A stretch of 64,000 nt of DNA from Paramoeba atlantica (Eukaryota; Protista; Discosea). Where the stretch lies: assembly GCA_977017575.1 (NCBI GenBank), contig CDRNVI010000098.1, positions 271 through 64,270 of the forward strand, read 5' to 3'. Made by a program: the position numbers and the translations under genes. Below are positions 41,644 through 53,875 of this stretch, one piece after another; positions within the stretch are counted from its first letter, which is position 1; every line of letters starts with the position of its first letter. The notes below the pieces were generated by a model. The model was not told where the DNA came from. It saw nothing but the letters and a program-made list of their open reading frames with translations, and did no database searches.

Positions 41644-42504
41644 TTAAGAACGAACGTGTCCAATGTAAGGAGTACGCACTTTGGGATTGCAGCTTCTCTC
41701 CCGGATCCTGCGCAACGCTCCTCCATACCACATAATTTGTAGGGCAATGAGCCCATTTAATACGCAGCTGAGTGCATGCTGGGTAGCAAGAACCACTTTT
41801 CCTTGATCGAGTGCCACACGGACCAGAGTGGTAAGAACACGCACCGCAGACCCCGCAGACGAAAGAAAGAACGTTGTAAAACTTAACACCCCGGTGGTAT
41901 GTCGGGAATAATTGACAATGAGCTGTGGAATCCGCGAACACAGCGAGGCGGCGGTTTGTATAGCGAATAAGAAACAGGAGTAGTGAGTAAAAGGCAAAAT
42001 ACGACCCGGGATCACAACAATCCCGGTCAGAGAGATGAGAAGCGCAGACCAAACAAGCGCCGGATTCCGGGAGTGATCTGCTACGAAATGTTTTGGCACT
42101 GTACTCAAACGCGTACCTTGTAGGAATCGCGGCAATGAAGATATTGATTTCTGAGTATTTTTCGTGGTTATGCGTTGCCTTGTACTTTTGGCTGTTGTCT
42201 TTTCCGCTACCGATGGGGTTCGATACCAGAAATAGAGATAAAGGATTACTGTGTTTTGTGTGAGTAAAATAAGTGCCTCACCAAAATCCCAGAAAGATAA
42301 TTTGTTTAAAAGCGCAGTCTGAGCTACTGCGAGAAGTGACAGAATATCAAGCATCACCATGGCCAAGCTGAGATTCTGAACACTTCTTAATTTGATGATT
42401 CGAAACAATTGTGGAAATTTCACGGCGGCGGAGCCTAGAACAATAAAAACGCTTACATAATAGGAGACGAGGTCCATCGTTTCTACATTAACGGGCATAT
42501 TCAT
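41644..42504 (-). CDS. MPDU1: PQ-loop membrane protein, MPDU1-like
   Basis: Two PQ loops: GSAAVKFPQLFRIIKLRSVQNLSL and SRIPQLIVNYSRHTTGVLSFTTFFLSSAGSAVRVLTT. Confidence 0.85.
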   Translation of the reverse strand: MNMPVNVETMDLVSYYVSVFIVLGSAAVKFPQLFRIIKLRSVQNLSLAMVMLDILSLLAVAQTALLNKLSFWDFGEALILLTQNTVILYLYFWYRTPSVAEKTTAKSTRQRITTKNTQKSISSLPRFLQGTRLSTVPKHFVADHSRNPALVWSALLISLTGIVVIPGRILPFTHYSCFLFAIQTAASLCSRIPQLIVNYSRHTTGVLSFTTFFLSSAGSAVRVLTTLVRVALDQGKVVLATQHALSCVLNGLIALQIMWYGGALRRIRERSCNPKVRTPYIGHVRS

Positions 42505-43103
42505 GGATCACCACGTTTTCTAAGGCTAAGTTACGGATCACGCTAATGAAATTAGAATTATTACTGAATCATAATACTTTTCTATGATTTTTTCTGTTCC
42601 CTCCCTATTATGTAAACGAAGGGTTTGTGCACGAATTCTACTTCTATTTCTCACTTGAATTTTGTAACTATTTGTACATCGCAGTATTATGAGCTACATC
42701 GTAGCTAATAATATTTGGGTTATGCAGAAATCGCTAAATCGCAGAGTACATTCTACTAAAAATATGGGGTCCTCTCATTATGGTTTTACATTGAACTGCG
42801 AAGATCCATACATCGCGAAAGACAAATTCAATTGGTACGAAGGCGTCCTTTGCACCTGTTGCATAAAGTTGGATTCCGCCATTCAGTTGTGTTCTGTCCT
42901 TTAAACATCCGTCGAGAACTCAACGCCGTGCATCCTGTTTGGGCTATAACATACGACACTCCTCGGACATTTCAACAGAATCCTGCACGTACCTATCTTC
43001 TCGAAAACTTCCCAACCCAGTACCAAATACAGTACAAGTCGGGATATCTCTCCATTCAGCGTTCAATGTCTCTTTTCCGCTGTTCTCTTCCGCCATTTTC
43101 TTC

Positions 43104-44498
43104 CTACCCCCAACGATACATCAAACTCCCCCACACAAAATGCCCCACAAACAACACCACCCCAAGGGCCACAAACGGGACCATGGCGCCCATCATGAAG
43201 AGCACAAAAAGCAGCAACGGAATCAGCACCACCCCGGCCACAAAAACATCAAAACTGGAGGACACGATACTCCGAAACGATTGAAATCCCGACACCAGCG
43301 CGTCCCGCGGGTCGCTGTACTCTGCGAGATTCGCCGTTCGAGCCCCAAGGGTAAACGGGAGTTTCGGTAACGTCCGCAACCAGCGGGAGTAAAAAGGCCG
43401 AGAATTAAACGAGCGCAATAAGAAACCTAAATCATGCCCGTAATAGGAAGGAGGAACAGAGTGGTCAATCACCCAATGACCCCTTTGTTTTCCACCTCCA
43501 CCTTCCTCCCTTTCTCTCCTCTGTGCTAAACCCTCTGAAACCCCCTCCTCGCTCCCTTCGACCTTCACCCCTTCCCCGTGGTCCTCCCCCTCCCACCCCC
43601 CCTCCTTTCCCCCCTTTCGCGCCCCCTCTCGTTTTTCTCCCTTTTTCTCCCCCTCCCCCCACCTCTTTTTTCCTTCTCCCCTTTCTTCACTCTCCCCCTC
43701 CACCCACCTATAGTAATACCGCCGCCCCCGCCGCACCGCCTCCCCCACACAGGCCTCCACCGACACCTGCGGCAGCAGCCGTACCCGGGCCTCCACCCCC
43801 TGCCCCCTCGAGAGCCCGTGGACCCTCTCCGCACTGACCGGCACATCCTCCAGGGTCAGGTGCGTGCAGTTCCCTTTCTTTGAATACTCAATGTATTCGA
43901 CAAAGGTCTCCTCAAAGGCGGCAATCAACGCCTCCCGTATCCCGTGGAGCAGATTTTGATCCACCGGGAAGGAGGGGGCGGAGGGGGGGAGGGGGGGGAA
44001 GGCATCCCCGTGGAGGGAGAGGGAGGGGGAGGGGGCGTAGCAGTGGCCCGGGGGGTCGGGGAGGATTTGGATTTTGTTCCTTCGGGGAGAAGAAGTAGGG
44101 TTGGAAAAAAGAGGGGGGGGAAAAAAAGAGGAGCGATTTTTGGAAAGGGTATTTTGAGGGTTGGAACGACCAACGGAGATGTTGGAGCGACCCATGCCGT
44201 AGAGATCGTGGGGTTCAGATTTTGGGGGTGAAGGGTTTTGGTTTCGGTTTTGGTTTCTGAGGTTCGCTGCGGAGGACCGACGGGGGGAGGGGGTCCATTT
44301 TTCGTTTTCCTTGGAGGTTGTCTCGGAAGGGAGAGGTTTTAAGGTGTGGTAATGGAGATGGGAGCGTCGTTTGGAGCGGGGGGGGTGGGGAGGAGGAGGA
44401 GGGGAGGCGTCATAGGGTGTGATTTTTGTGAAGGTGGGGGGTTGGGGAGAGAGGAGGAGGAGGCTGTAGAGAAATAAGAGGAGAAAGCAGCGGTCCAT
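43104..44498 (-). CDS. hypothetical type-I-like membrane protein
   Basis: N-terminal hydrophobic signal, Pro-rich and Gly/Glu-rich low-complexity segments, C-terminal hydrophobic helices. GC-rich. Confidence 0.6.
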   Translation of the reverse strand: MDRCFLLLFLYSLLLLSPQPPTFTKITPYDASPPPPPHPPRSKRRSHLHYHTLKPLPSETTSKENEKWTPSPRRSSAANLRNQNRNQNPSPPKSEPHDLYGMGRSNISVGRSNPQNTLSKNRSSFFPPPLFSNPTSSPRRNKIQILPDPPGHCYAPSPSLSLHGDAFPPLPPSAPSFPVDQNLLHGIREALIAAFEETFVEYIEYSKKGNCTHLTLEDVPVSAERVHGLSRGQGVEARVRLLPQVSVEACVGEAVRRGRRYYYRWVEGESEERGEGKKRWGEGEKKGEKREGARKGGKEGGWEGEDHGEGVKVEGSEEGVSEGLAQRREREEGGGGKQRGHWVIDHSVPPSYYGHDLGFLLRSFNSRPFYSRWLRTLPKLPFTLGARTANLAEYSDPRDALVSGFQSFRSIVSSSFDVFVAGVVLIPLLLFVLFMMGAMVPFVALGVVLFVGHFVWGSLMYRWG

Positions 44499-44761
44499 GG
44501 TGAGTTTTGAAAATAAGAAGACGGGCTAAAAATAATGTCATTTTTTGCGAGATCAAGGGGTCTTATTGTATGCAAACGTAATGAAACCTGTTTAGCCGTA
44601 GTTTAAATACATTGTGATTTTTTACATTGTATTTTTGTGGTTTACTTCAAGTGTTTGCGCAACTTGTCTGTGTACTATTCATGTTCAAAATATACCAAAA
44701 TACACTTCCTACATATAATACAAGCCAAAAACAAAAGAATCAAGGCTTACATCTCCTTCGG

Positions 44762-47700
44762 TCACGGAAAGTGTGGAATCTCTCGTACGATTTTTGCCAA
44801 TTGCTCAAACTCTTGTGTGCGCAGCACCTCTAGATACGCCTTTCGAAACTGATCTCCCACGTTCTTTACCTTCTTTGCACTAAAATTCGCATTTCGCCCA
44901 GACGCCGCATAACACTCAAACGAACTCACCAAACGACGCAACACCTCACTGCACAATCGCGAGAACCGACGTTTTAACATTTCAAGCACGTTTTTGCATG
45001 TTAATTCTTCACCCTCTTCTTCCTTACCGAATCCACCGTCTATTCTTTCACACCAGTGCACAATTTTCACTACTTGTTGCAGGGCTTTCTGTTGTACCCA
45101 AAAAACGGCCGGGTCCTCATTGGGTCGCGTAAAGCGAGCGGAAAGAAAAGTAGAGGGTGGGGTGAGTTGATTTTCCCTGGCCTGCTCCTGGGCATTTTGA
45201 ATCAACTGGTCGCGCTGCTTCCATTCCCGTGCAAGGAGATCAAAATGGAGAAGAAAGAAACCAATGTAGGATAAACCGGCGCGTATGGTTTGTACGCTAT
45301 TCGGGTCGGTTTGGGAGAGCAAGGTATCGGCTTGTTCCCAGGCATGGGAGGTTAGTTTTTTCATCGAGGCGTAGAGCTCACGCAGTCGAAGAATGAGATC
45401 CGCCTCCGGATGGACTTCGGTTTGGGTAAGATTGAGCTCAATTTCACGGAAAGTGAGTTGGAGAGTGCGAAGTTGGGTTTCACGGACTCCGGTCGGGTTG
45501 TGTAGACTCCGGTAAGCACTTTCGGCTTTGCTGAGTAAGTCATAGATGTCATCTTCTTTAGGGGATTTAGTGGAAAATGAAGAGTTCTCTTTCTTATTTT
45601 CAACTCTCTTATTTTCCTCACCTTTTTCAGCCCTCCCGTTTTCGGAATCCCGTAATGTTTTGGGAGACTCCCATTGATCGGCTACTAGTCGCATGGTGAC
45701 CTTTGCCATAAGCTGCATTTCGGGAATCATACGTTTCGGGCGGGTTTTACGGAATAAAATATCCAATGCCTCAAGATAGTCTTCTTTTTGTGAACAAGAA
45801 AGGGCAGGATGGGAAGTCCAAGGGAGGAACAAGAAATCGTAAAGAGGTGTTTTCGTTTTTTTTGGTTTCGTACATACCAGATTAGTCTGATCTTCCGATT
45901 CGGAATTATTAGACTCATGCTCTTCGAATCTTTCATTCTCTGATGAAGAGAAAACGCTTGTCGTTTTCATGTGCGCTCGCTTTACGTATGCCAATGCTCG
46001 ATTTAAATCCGTAATGGACAGATTAACGTCATCTGCACTTTTTAACATGTAATCTCGAGCGGTCTCGAAATACTTCAAAGCATCATTAAAGTTATCTGTG
46101 GCGAAACAGGACTCTCCACGTAAGTTGTAGAGGTCACCTAATTTTCGACAGATTGTTTTTGTCGTCGAACTCGCAGAGCTTAGCCTCCGCAGAAAAGGGT
46201 TGGAAAGAGTAATATCAGTTTGCTCAGTTAAAAGCGGAGGTTCTGCGAGTGATGAGACTGGAATGAGTTGCATTTCAGAAGGATTGGTTTTCTTCGCTCG
46301 TTTGGTACCTCCCATTGCTTCATCCAGTAATGCGAGGTAGTATTTCAGGGAATGGGAAAAATGTACGTCCACAGACTCACTCATATTTCGCATGACCAAA
46401 GTGTTTGCATCCACAAGAGGTAGAACAATTTCGTTTTCATCAGACTTCAACTGCGAACTATTCCCCCAATGGTTGGTGTCGATGTCCGAATTAGTATCTC
46501 GTTCCTTTTCAGTAGATACCTCACGCAAAGAATTCAAAGCTTTGCATTCATTCTGGTTCATAATTTGCAAAACATTTCTACTTTCGTTTTTCACTTCACT
46601 AGCAGCCCATTCTTTCATTCGTGTTTGCAAATCTTTAATTTTTATTTTCTTCTTAAAACACGCAGTAGCAACATGATGATGCCAATCTCCCAGTATTTCT
46701 GCCAACCTTTCTTCTCGGCTGGTAGGAGACAACTCGTTCAGCCAATTGGGCTTCAAGTTCAACCCGGTTTGTAAATTTTGCAATAATTGCCAAGTATCGA
46801 ATAATTCGTATTTCTCCAACTGGATGTGAAGCAAAACATATTGAGCCTCCCATAGACGTGTTCGAGAAATACTTTTCGCGTCCAGGCGCAATGCATGCTC
46901 CATATGATTCACCAAAAGATCGTGATAGCGTAGATTTTCCTCATCTTCCGTTTCTTTCGCTTCCGCATTCGGTACGGTTTCTGCTATCTTATCCTCCCTT
47001 GTTGCTACATCCATTCCCTTTCCTTTTCCTGCCGATTTTTTATTTCCGTGTGGTTTCGACTTCAGTTTCACTTCCACAGCAACGGGCGCCGACACGGTTC
47101 TCCGCTTCTGCTCCAAAGTACGAATAGCTTTTTCATACAAATCAATGAGCAAAAGTAGTGCTTGAACGGTCGTCACGGGTTGACTCTTTTCATCGATCAG
47201 GGCGACGCATTTCTCCAGTAGTCCCCGAGCATGGAGATATTCTGTAGATCCTTTGCGCGGTTGTGCGAGTGCCATTTCTGCCATACGAAAGTAGAGTGTA
47301 GACATAGGAAGGGAAAGTTCGGATGGCGATGTTCCCTTCATTGCACTCCCGGTTTCTTTCCCAACATTTCGGTCGGATAACAGTGTTGCAGAATCCTGTT
47401 GTCCTTCCATAATTTGTCGTGGAATCTTGTCCTTCGCATTTCCTTCCCCTTTTCTTTCTTCATCACTCTGTGCCGTGTAATACTTTGTAAATCCGCATAA
47501 ATCATATAATTTTAAGCTCCCACTATTTGGGTCTTTTAGCACCAAATAACTTGCGCCTTTTCGCGTACAATGCGCTCGAAGCCATTTCAGGACACGTCCA
47601 GAAAACTGTTGCAACTCCACGGGCTCAAACGAGGCGGACGGAAAAGAATTGGGCAGCTCACTTGTGGGAATAATTTGATACCCCTCGACAATGCCCTCAT

Positions 47701-49159
47701 TGTGGTAACAAAGCGCTACGTGACTTACCGCACTGAGTACATTTTCCAGCCACAGTTCTAAAAGTTCAAGCTGGGAGAGAGAAGCAACCGCGGAGGATTT
47801 GTTGCTTTGTTCAGAACCGGAAGATGAAGACACATTTTGAAGATGAAGCCTTAAATCGGTACCATGCTCCTCACTATGGACCAAGGGGAGGTTGGAGCCG
47901 ACCAGCATTTTAAGCTCACCCATACGCCAGCATACGGAGCGAGCGTAAGTATCGGGGGAAGGTTTGTCGGGAGGTGAATCCAAAGATGGTCTAATTCTTT
48001 GGCGTGTGGAAAGTTGTGGAGAACTCGCGTCCGTGTGGCTTTCATTCGATTTGTAGGATTTGTTTCCCAAATTATTTTCATCTTTTTCTTCCTCTGTTTT
48101 CCTTCCGGTTGATCCTGTTGTTGCTTCTTTATTTTCCTCTGCACTTTCCACGCCTGCGAGCACAGAGTAATACAACAATTTTGTTTGTAGTGAACGATAA
48201 TGCGTTTCCGAGACATTCGCACAGGATTGCATCGGTTGTGTGCTACTGGATTCAATTACAATTGCCCGTCCGACTTTGTGGACGGCTAGAGCCAATGCTT
48301 TTTTGGAAGGTGTCGCGGGAGTACTTAGCAAATCCCGCAAAGTATCGACAGAGGAAATGACATCAAACTGATCGGCGGCGCTGGTTTCAGAGGAATATGT
48401 GTTTGGGTCTTTTTCATGTTCTAGATGGGAATGAGAAAATTGGGAAATATTTTCGGAAATGGACTGAGCGCTGGAATTTTCAGTCGATGGTTTCGAAGGC
48501 GACTCGAATTTGTTATCTGTTGGCTGAACCGTATGGGAAAGAGCTAAGGCACTTTCGGGAAAGACAGAAATCGCGTGAGGAGATCGAGATGCTGTTCTGA
48601 GGTAAGATGTTTTGGACTTTCTTCCCGAGTACATCCCAGAGGGCGTCTCGTTGAGATTCGTGCCTGAGAGGTCGGAAAATTTAGGAATCGGTTCAGTAGA
48701 TAGTGCAGGAGACATTTTCGACATTTGATTTGACGCAGAAGTGTTTGATTTGAATATTGGCAGCTTCGCATGCGCTTTGGCATCTTTGTGTCGATTGTTG
48801 AGATTTTTCTCATCACACGACATTTTAGATAACTTTTTGATCGCCAGATTCGCAGTTTCTTCCCCTACACTCTTAGGCTCGTCTTGTTCCTTGTCTTTCA
48901 ATGTTATGACAGATGATGTGCCTCGGGGAGGGTGGATGCGCGTAACGTCGAACTCACTTAAAAAGTTTGGAGGGAGAAGAGTGTAGGACGCTGTTAATGG
49001 ATTCCATGCGCGAGCTGAGGGATCCGAAAACGAAGAATGGACATGGGACCTCTCTGACGAAAACTTCGAATTCACTGCCGATGTGTGTTTGTGGGAGAAA
49101 ACGTCGCCTGTAGACATGGAAAAGTGGTTGTTTTCTACGCAATAGAATACGAATTCCAA
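44762..49159 (-). CDS. EDRF1: EDRF1-like protein
   Basis: FDVISSVDTLRDLL..LAVHKVGRAIVI, WRMGELKMLVGSNLP, WLENVLSAVSHVALCYHNEGIVEGY, WLRAHCTRKGASYLVLK..LKLYDL match the EDRF1 N-terminal domain as recalled. Confidence 0.85.
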   Translation of the reverse strand: MEFVFYCVENNHFSMSTGDVFSHKHTSAVNSKFSSERSHVHSSFSDPSARAWNPLTASYTLLPPNFLSEFDVTRIHPPRGTSSVITLKDKEQDEPKSVGEETANLAIKKLSKMSCDEKNLNNRHKDAKAHAKLPIFKSNTSASNQMSKMSPALSTEPIPKFSDLSGTNLNETPSGMYSGRKSKTSYLRTASRSPHAISVFPESALALSHTVQPTDNKFESPSKPSTENSSAQSISENISQFSHSHLEHEKDPNTYSSETSAADQFDVISSVDTLRDLLSTPATPSKKALALAVHKVGRAIVIESSSTQPMQSCANVSETHYRSLQTKLLYYSVLAGVESAEENKEATTGSTGRKTEEEKDENNLGNKSYKSNESHTDASSPQLSTRQRIRPSLDSPPDKPSPDTYARSVCWRMGELKMLVGSNLPLVHSEEHGTDLRLHLQNVSSSSGSEQSNKSSAVASLSQLELLELWLENVLSAVSHVALCYHNEGIVEGYQIIPTSELPNSFPSASFEPVELQQFSGRVLKWLRAHCTRKGASYLVLKDPNSGSLKLYDLCGFTKYYTAQSDEERKGEGNAKDKIPRQIMEGQQDSATLLSDRNVGKETGSAMKGTSPSELSLPMSTLYFRMAEMALAQPRKGSTEYLHARGLLEKCVALIDEKSQPVTTVQALLLLIDLYEKAIRTLEQKRRTVSAPVAVEVKLKSKPHGNKKSAGKGKGMDVATREDKIAETVPNAEAKETEDEENLRYHDLLVNHMEHALRLDAKSISRTRLWEAQYVLLHIQLEKYELFDTWQLLQNLQTGLNLKPNWLNELSPTSREERLAEILGDWHHHVATACFKKKIKIKDLQTRMKEWAASEVKNESRNVLQIMNQNECKALNSLREVSTEKERDTNSDIDTNHWGNSSQLKSDENEIVLPLVDANTLVMRNMSESVDVHFSHSLKYYLALLDEAMGGTKRAKKTNPSEMQLIPVSSLAEPPLLTEQTDITLSNPFLRRLSSASSTTKTICRKLGDLYNLRGESCFATDNFNDALKYFETARDYMLKSADDVNLSITDLNRALAYVKRAHMKTTSVFSSSENERFEEHESNNSESEDQTNLVCTKPKKTKTPLYDFLFLPWTSHPALSCSQKEDYLEALDILFRKTRPKRMIPEMQLMAKVTMRLVADQWESPKTLRDSENGRAEKGEENKRVENKKENSSFSTKSPKEDDIYDLLSKAESAYRSLHNPTGVRETQLRTLQLTFREIELNLTQTEVHPEADLILRLRELYASMKKLTSHAWEQADTLLSQTDPNSVQTIRAGLSYIGFFLLHFDLLAREWKQRDQLIQNAQEQARENQLTPPSTFLSARFTRPNEDPAVFWVQQKALQQVVKIVHWCERIDGGFGKEEEGEELTCKNVLEMLKRRFSRLCSEVLRRLVSSFECYAASGRNANFSAKKVKNVGDQFRKAYLEVLRTQEFEQLAKIVREIPHFP

Positions 49160-49558
49160 AGTTTAAATATTTTTGTAAACTTGGCAATACCACAGCAAGT
49201 CACGGGTCACTCACTAAACAAAGAAGTATTTTTTGGCCTCGCATTTCGTGATGTTTCTATTCTAGAACTGTAAAATTGCGCATGTCATGTCGCTGTATAA
49301 AAGGCGTACACGAATCACACCCTTCGAGGGCATCACGGTTGAATATGAATGCAACACATTCTCATCGGAATTTTAATCTATGTACACAGCGCTCCAAAAA
49401 ATGCGACGGTTGACTCCCTGGTAAAAACTTGGAGATCAACTCTTTTATAAAAAAAAACCATGGTTTCAAATGTGTATAAAATCAGCAAGTTATCCAAACT
49501 ATACTTTTTCGATTTGGTTCTGAATCATTTTTTTAACCCAACGTTTTCCGTCATCATC

Positions 49559-51514
49559 TTAAAAAGGTACAAAACAGGCCACCAAACAAAGGAAAACACT
49601 TGCGAGCATCCAAAAAAGCGAACCCCAAAGCGAGCTGGACGTCCCGAGCTCAGCTTCCGTTTCCCCTTCCTCCACTGACATCGATTTTTCCTCTTGCATC
49701 CTCTGCGGGGTGCGTTTTCCAATAAAAGGTCCATGGAGACTTCCTCCCAAGCCATCCATTCCGGCATAAAAGGGGGAACTCCCTGCTTCCTCCCCCAGTG
49801 CGCTCGAAGAGGTCCATCGGCGTAGAAACTGAGACGCGGAGTAGGACAGCGGGGAGGTATACGCACTTGCGGCATTCACCACGCACTGCCCCGTGCGCTC
49901 ACTGTTGCTACAGACCCGGATGCCGACCACAGACACCGCAGAGCTCTCGAGCGGACGGTTCTCGTTTTGGAAGCACGCAACGGTGTGCGGGTTGGTCCCA
50001 GAGCGCTCTTCATCGGAGGCCGTTTTCCCGGTCTGATTTTTAGCTTCCTCCTTGGAGGTTCCACCTTCCTCCTGCGCACGCTCCGCCTCCCCTGTTGGAA
50101 ACGCTTTCGAGGAGCGTGGAAGCGCTGAGTGGGCATAGTACCCCTCCGCCGATAAATCGTTCATGTCCATCGAGGTCGAGTGTCGTGTCCTGTGAAGCTG
50201 CAAATCCCCTTTGGGGAGGAGACGCTTACTCACAAACGGGTTGCCCACCATAATCAGTTTCCCTCGCGGCATATGCCAGCACGGGGACTTCTCCGAAATC
50301 TCGTTAAACGACAAGTCAATGAGCCGCGCAGGAGGCGTGGGGAGTTTCGAAAAAGGCGTTTCCCCCCTCTCTGAGGACCCATAAAACTCCGAGCGATACC
50401 CCACCCTACTCACCCCTCGCTCCAGCCACCCTTTTCTCGAAAACAACGGCCACTTTGTCAGTTTGTTCTGCGCCATGTCAATCTTCACCACACTCTCCGG
50501 GAGCTCTGAAAAATCAACCTCCGTCGGAACCTCCTCCTCCCCACTCCCCTCCCCATTCGTCAAAAACAACCCCGGCTCTCGACAATGCTCATTAAAACAC
50601 AACCCCCGGGGAACCGGCCGAAACGGCACCACGCCTCCCCCCTCCCCCCCCTCCTCCCCCCCCCTCCCTCCCCCCCGGCCTCACCGAAAACGTCAAATAC
50701 CCCGCAACCCTCCGCGTCGTCTCCCCCGCAAACGTCACCGTCACCCTCACATACCCCTGTCCCCGCGTCAACGGGGCCAAATCCCTCCCCCGTACCCGTC
50801 TCACCCGCGCCCGTGGACACCGTCCCAGGTGTCTTACCCCCCCACCCCCCCCTCCCCCCCCCCTCCCCCCCCCTGTCTCCGTCGTCTCGGCGAGACGTGC
50901 ACCACGCGCAGCCCCCCGAGGAACCCGTTCACCTTCGCCAGCCCCGTGACCGCGTCCCGGAGGTAGGCCTCGCACCGCGGGATCCCCCCCGGGGGCTCGA
51001 CCCGGACCCAGGGGACGCCGCGGAGCTCGAGGCAGGCGGCCCCGCGGAGGGAGACGGCGGTGAGGTCGAGGATGGCGCGGTGGGTGGGGGGGGCGTGGGT
51101 GAGGGGGCAGAGGAAGGCGTGGTCGAGGGTGGCGGGGGCGGCGCGGGGGGCGTAGCCGGGGCGGAAGGCGTGGCTGAGGTTGAGGAGGCGGAGGGCGCGG
51201 GGGGGGGAGGGGGGGGCGAGGGGGGAGGCGAGCGCGTTGGCGCTGAGGTCGCAGATGTCGGTGGCGGGGGGGAGGAGGCCGAGGTCGAGGGGGGGGCGGG
51301 GGGCGGGGGTGGGGGGGGCGCTCGTTCGGTGCATGGGGGGGAGGGGGGGGATTGCGTTCCTTTGGGACATGTTGAGGATTTCGTTCCTTTGGGGCATGTT
51401 GAGGATTTCGTTCCTTTCGCGCATGTTGTGCATTTTGCGGGTGTTGTGCATTTCGCTCATTTTGTGCATTTCGTGCATTTTGTGCCTTTTGCGGATTTTG
51501 GGCATTTTGTGCAT
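49559..51514 (-). CDS. GC-rich LRR-containing membrane protein, probably one gene split by a homopolymer frameshift
   Basis: ORF 50834-51514 (CDLSANAL, LRLLNLSH) and ORF 49559-50632 (VVKIDMAQNKL, LIDLSFNEIS, C-terminal TM) are separated by G/C runs. Met-His-Lys 9-nt repeats at ~51420-51540. Confidence 0.5.
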
Positions 51515-51596
51515 TTTGTGCCTTTTGCGGATTTGAAGATTTTGCTGTGCTTCTTTGGGTTTCGTTTTGGGTTTCGTTTTGGTTTTGGCTTTGGTT

Positions 51597-53875
51597 TTAG
51601 ATTGCGATGCCTCTGAGGTGGGTGGGGGTTAGGGAAGGGGAAGGGGAAGGGGAAGAAGCTGCGGATGAACGGGAAGAGGGTGATGCGGAGGCGTGGGTTG
51701 TGCTTACCCTTCGAGGATAGGTCGTGAGGGTACAGATGGGGGAGGGAGTTTCCGAGGGCGGGGGGTCGTATTGGGGATGAGGTTGGGAGAGGTAGGCAGG
51801 CCATGGGGGGGTACCGGGGGCGGAGAGGGTGGCGCTGGCATTCATCATCTCTTTTGTGGTTCCGGTGGTGGGGGGTTGATGGCCTCGTCGTCGCTGTTGT
51901 TGTTCATAGATGGCACGTCGGTAGGACCCGCTGAGGTCGAGGGCATAGGAGAGATGCACCCAGAGCACGACTAGACCGGTAGGGGCGTCGGAGGGGTTTT
52001 TTCCCATGGCGTACTCGCTGGAGCTTCGTCGACGGTAGGTCGTGGGGGAATGGCCGTTGTCGGTGGTGTGCTGCGCAGTACCGCTATGGGCGTGATGTTG
52101 TGGCATCCCGGCTTCCTCCCCCTTCTCCCAGTGATGGGTAATATCCTCACTTGGTGTATTCAACGGCGAACGCTGAAGTGTCCACCCGCGACGTGTGGCG
52201 AAACGGGACGTTAGCGCGGCTTCGTTGGGGTTGATGCGCGCAACGGTGAGGGAGTACAATGAGGCAATCTGTTCCTGTGGAATGAGCTGGGCATGGGTGA
52301 GAATGTACTCCTCTTTGCCCGGGACGGGGCTACTTCCTGCCCCCGAAGGTCCATAGAAACTGGTCGATCCTGTGGTTTTTGAAGGCCTTCCACTCTCGGA
52401 AGGATGTCGCCGACTTCCTGTAGGCGTAGTTCGCGATGAGGAGAAACTCCCATGTTGGCGTTCTCCTTTTGGGGGATGCGCTCGTCGTTCGACACTTCGC
52501 GAGCGCCCGGATTTGATGGAATTCGGATTCTTATGGGGAGTGCTTGGGGGAGACTCGTTCGCGCCCGGATTTGCGCACGAACCAGCCATCGTCCCACAGG
52601 CGTCTCTTCTCGTTGGCGTGATTGGGAGCGAAAATCGGAATCTCCAGCCGATGAGTCGGGGGCAATGGTTCTTGTGGCATAGAGGCAAAGGAGAGCGTAT
52701 TGTTCTTGGGAGAAAACTGTCCAAAAGAGGGAAACGACGAAGCCCCATGCATCGGATGGGGTGCCGAATGTGCCGCACTCGGCCGGCCAAACGCATTTTG
52801 CCCGCTGTGTAACAATACCATTCGTGGATCATTAGGGGAGGACAGTGTCGCGCCAGCGGAGCCTGTCGGGTTAATCAAGTGTGCTTTTTCCGCTGCGTTC
52901 TGCACCCCCATCTCCTCTAAATCCAACGCCTCCCGTACCCATCGCAGCACCGGATCCTCCCATGACGCTAGGGGGTGAATATAACTTCGTGAGACCTCGG
53001 GATGCAAAGGCTTTGTTTTTTTCGGGGTGGCGCTGACAGATTGGGCTCGCTGTTTTCCTTTTCGTAATGTTCAACCGTAAAGGTTCGTAAAAACGCGTTT
53101 AACCCACTAACGTCCCGCCGGAGTAGCTGCACTAATTGTGTAGCTAGACTCGAGGGGAGGCCAGAGGGGTGAGGACTGTCTTGGGGTAATGCCAATGGAG
53201 TAGGGGTCGAGCCAAGACTGCGGGCATTCATTCGAGGTGCTTGGGTGGCTTGCGCCAATAAGGTAGGCGAAACGTGTACATTTGCGGAAGATCCCGAAGC
53301 GCGAGAACGGGGATCATTTGGTGAATTGGTTCCACTTCCTTTTCCCTCAAGGGGGGCGCTGGAAATCGGATTTGCTGTCACAGTCTTTGGGCTTGGATTG
53401 GAATTTAGGGATGTTTGTCGTGAGGGACTGCTGTGAATTTCTTGTCGCAGCGCTTTGGCTTTCGCAAGAGCCGATTCAGTAGGGGAATTGGTAAGGGATC
53501 GTTCAGCCGCAGCGGCTCGTCGAGCCCCGGCTCGTATGGACGAAGCAGATTGTGCGCTTTCGCGTCCCGCAGGAGGGCTACGTGCTTTGGAGTATCCTGA
53601 GGCGCCTGAGGAAGACACGCTCCGGGTTTGAAAGCTCTTGTCGTCCTCAAGGTTGTCAGAAGGAAATTTCGGTCTACGTCGAATCGGATCGCTGGTTGTA
53701 ACGCCCAAGGAGGAACCCACGAAACGGGTGATAGTTCGTACTTAGAAATCTTTTCGCAGGATGAACCTCCGATCGAATGAATCGAAAAGACGGCAAAGCA
53801 TATCGCAAGATGAGAGAGGACAGGAATACGAGTGCGGCGCATAGGAGTATTCTCTCGAGATATTGTCTTCCGCAT
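51597..53875 (-). CDS. hypothetical protein(s) in overlapping frames, likely frameshifted
   Basis: Four overlapping minus ORFs (53405-53875 with a signal-like segment, 52968-53720, 52531-53007, 51597-52832) tile the region. No family recognised. Confidence 0.4.

Noticed and set aside
50585-51616. Long plus-strand ORFs in GC-rich islands (also 21595-22188 and 43500-44230)
   Set aside because: These are shadow frames of GC-rich, stop-poor minus-strand genes with low-complexity translations.
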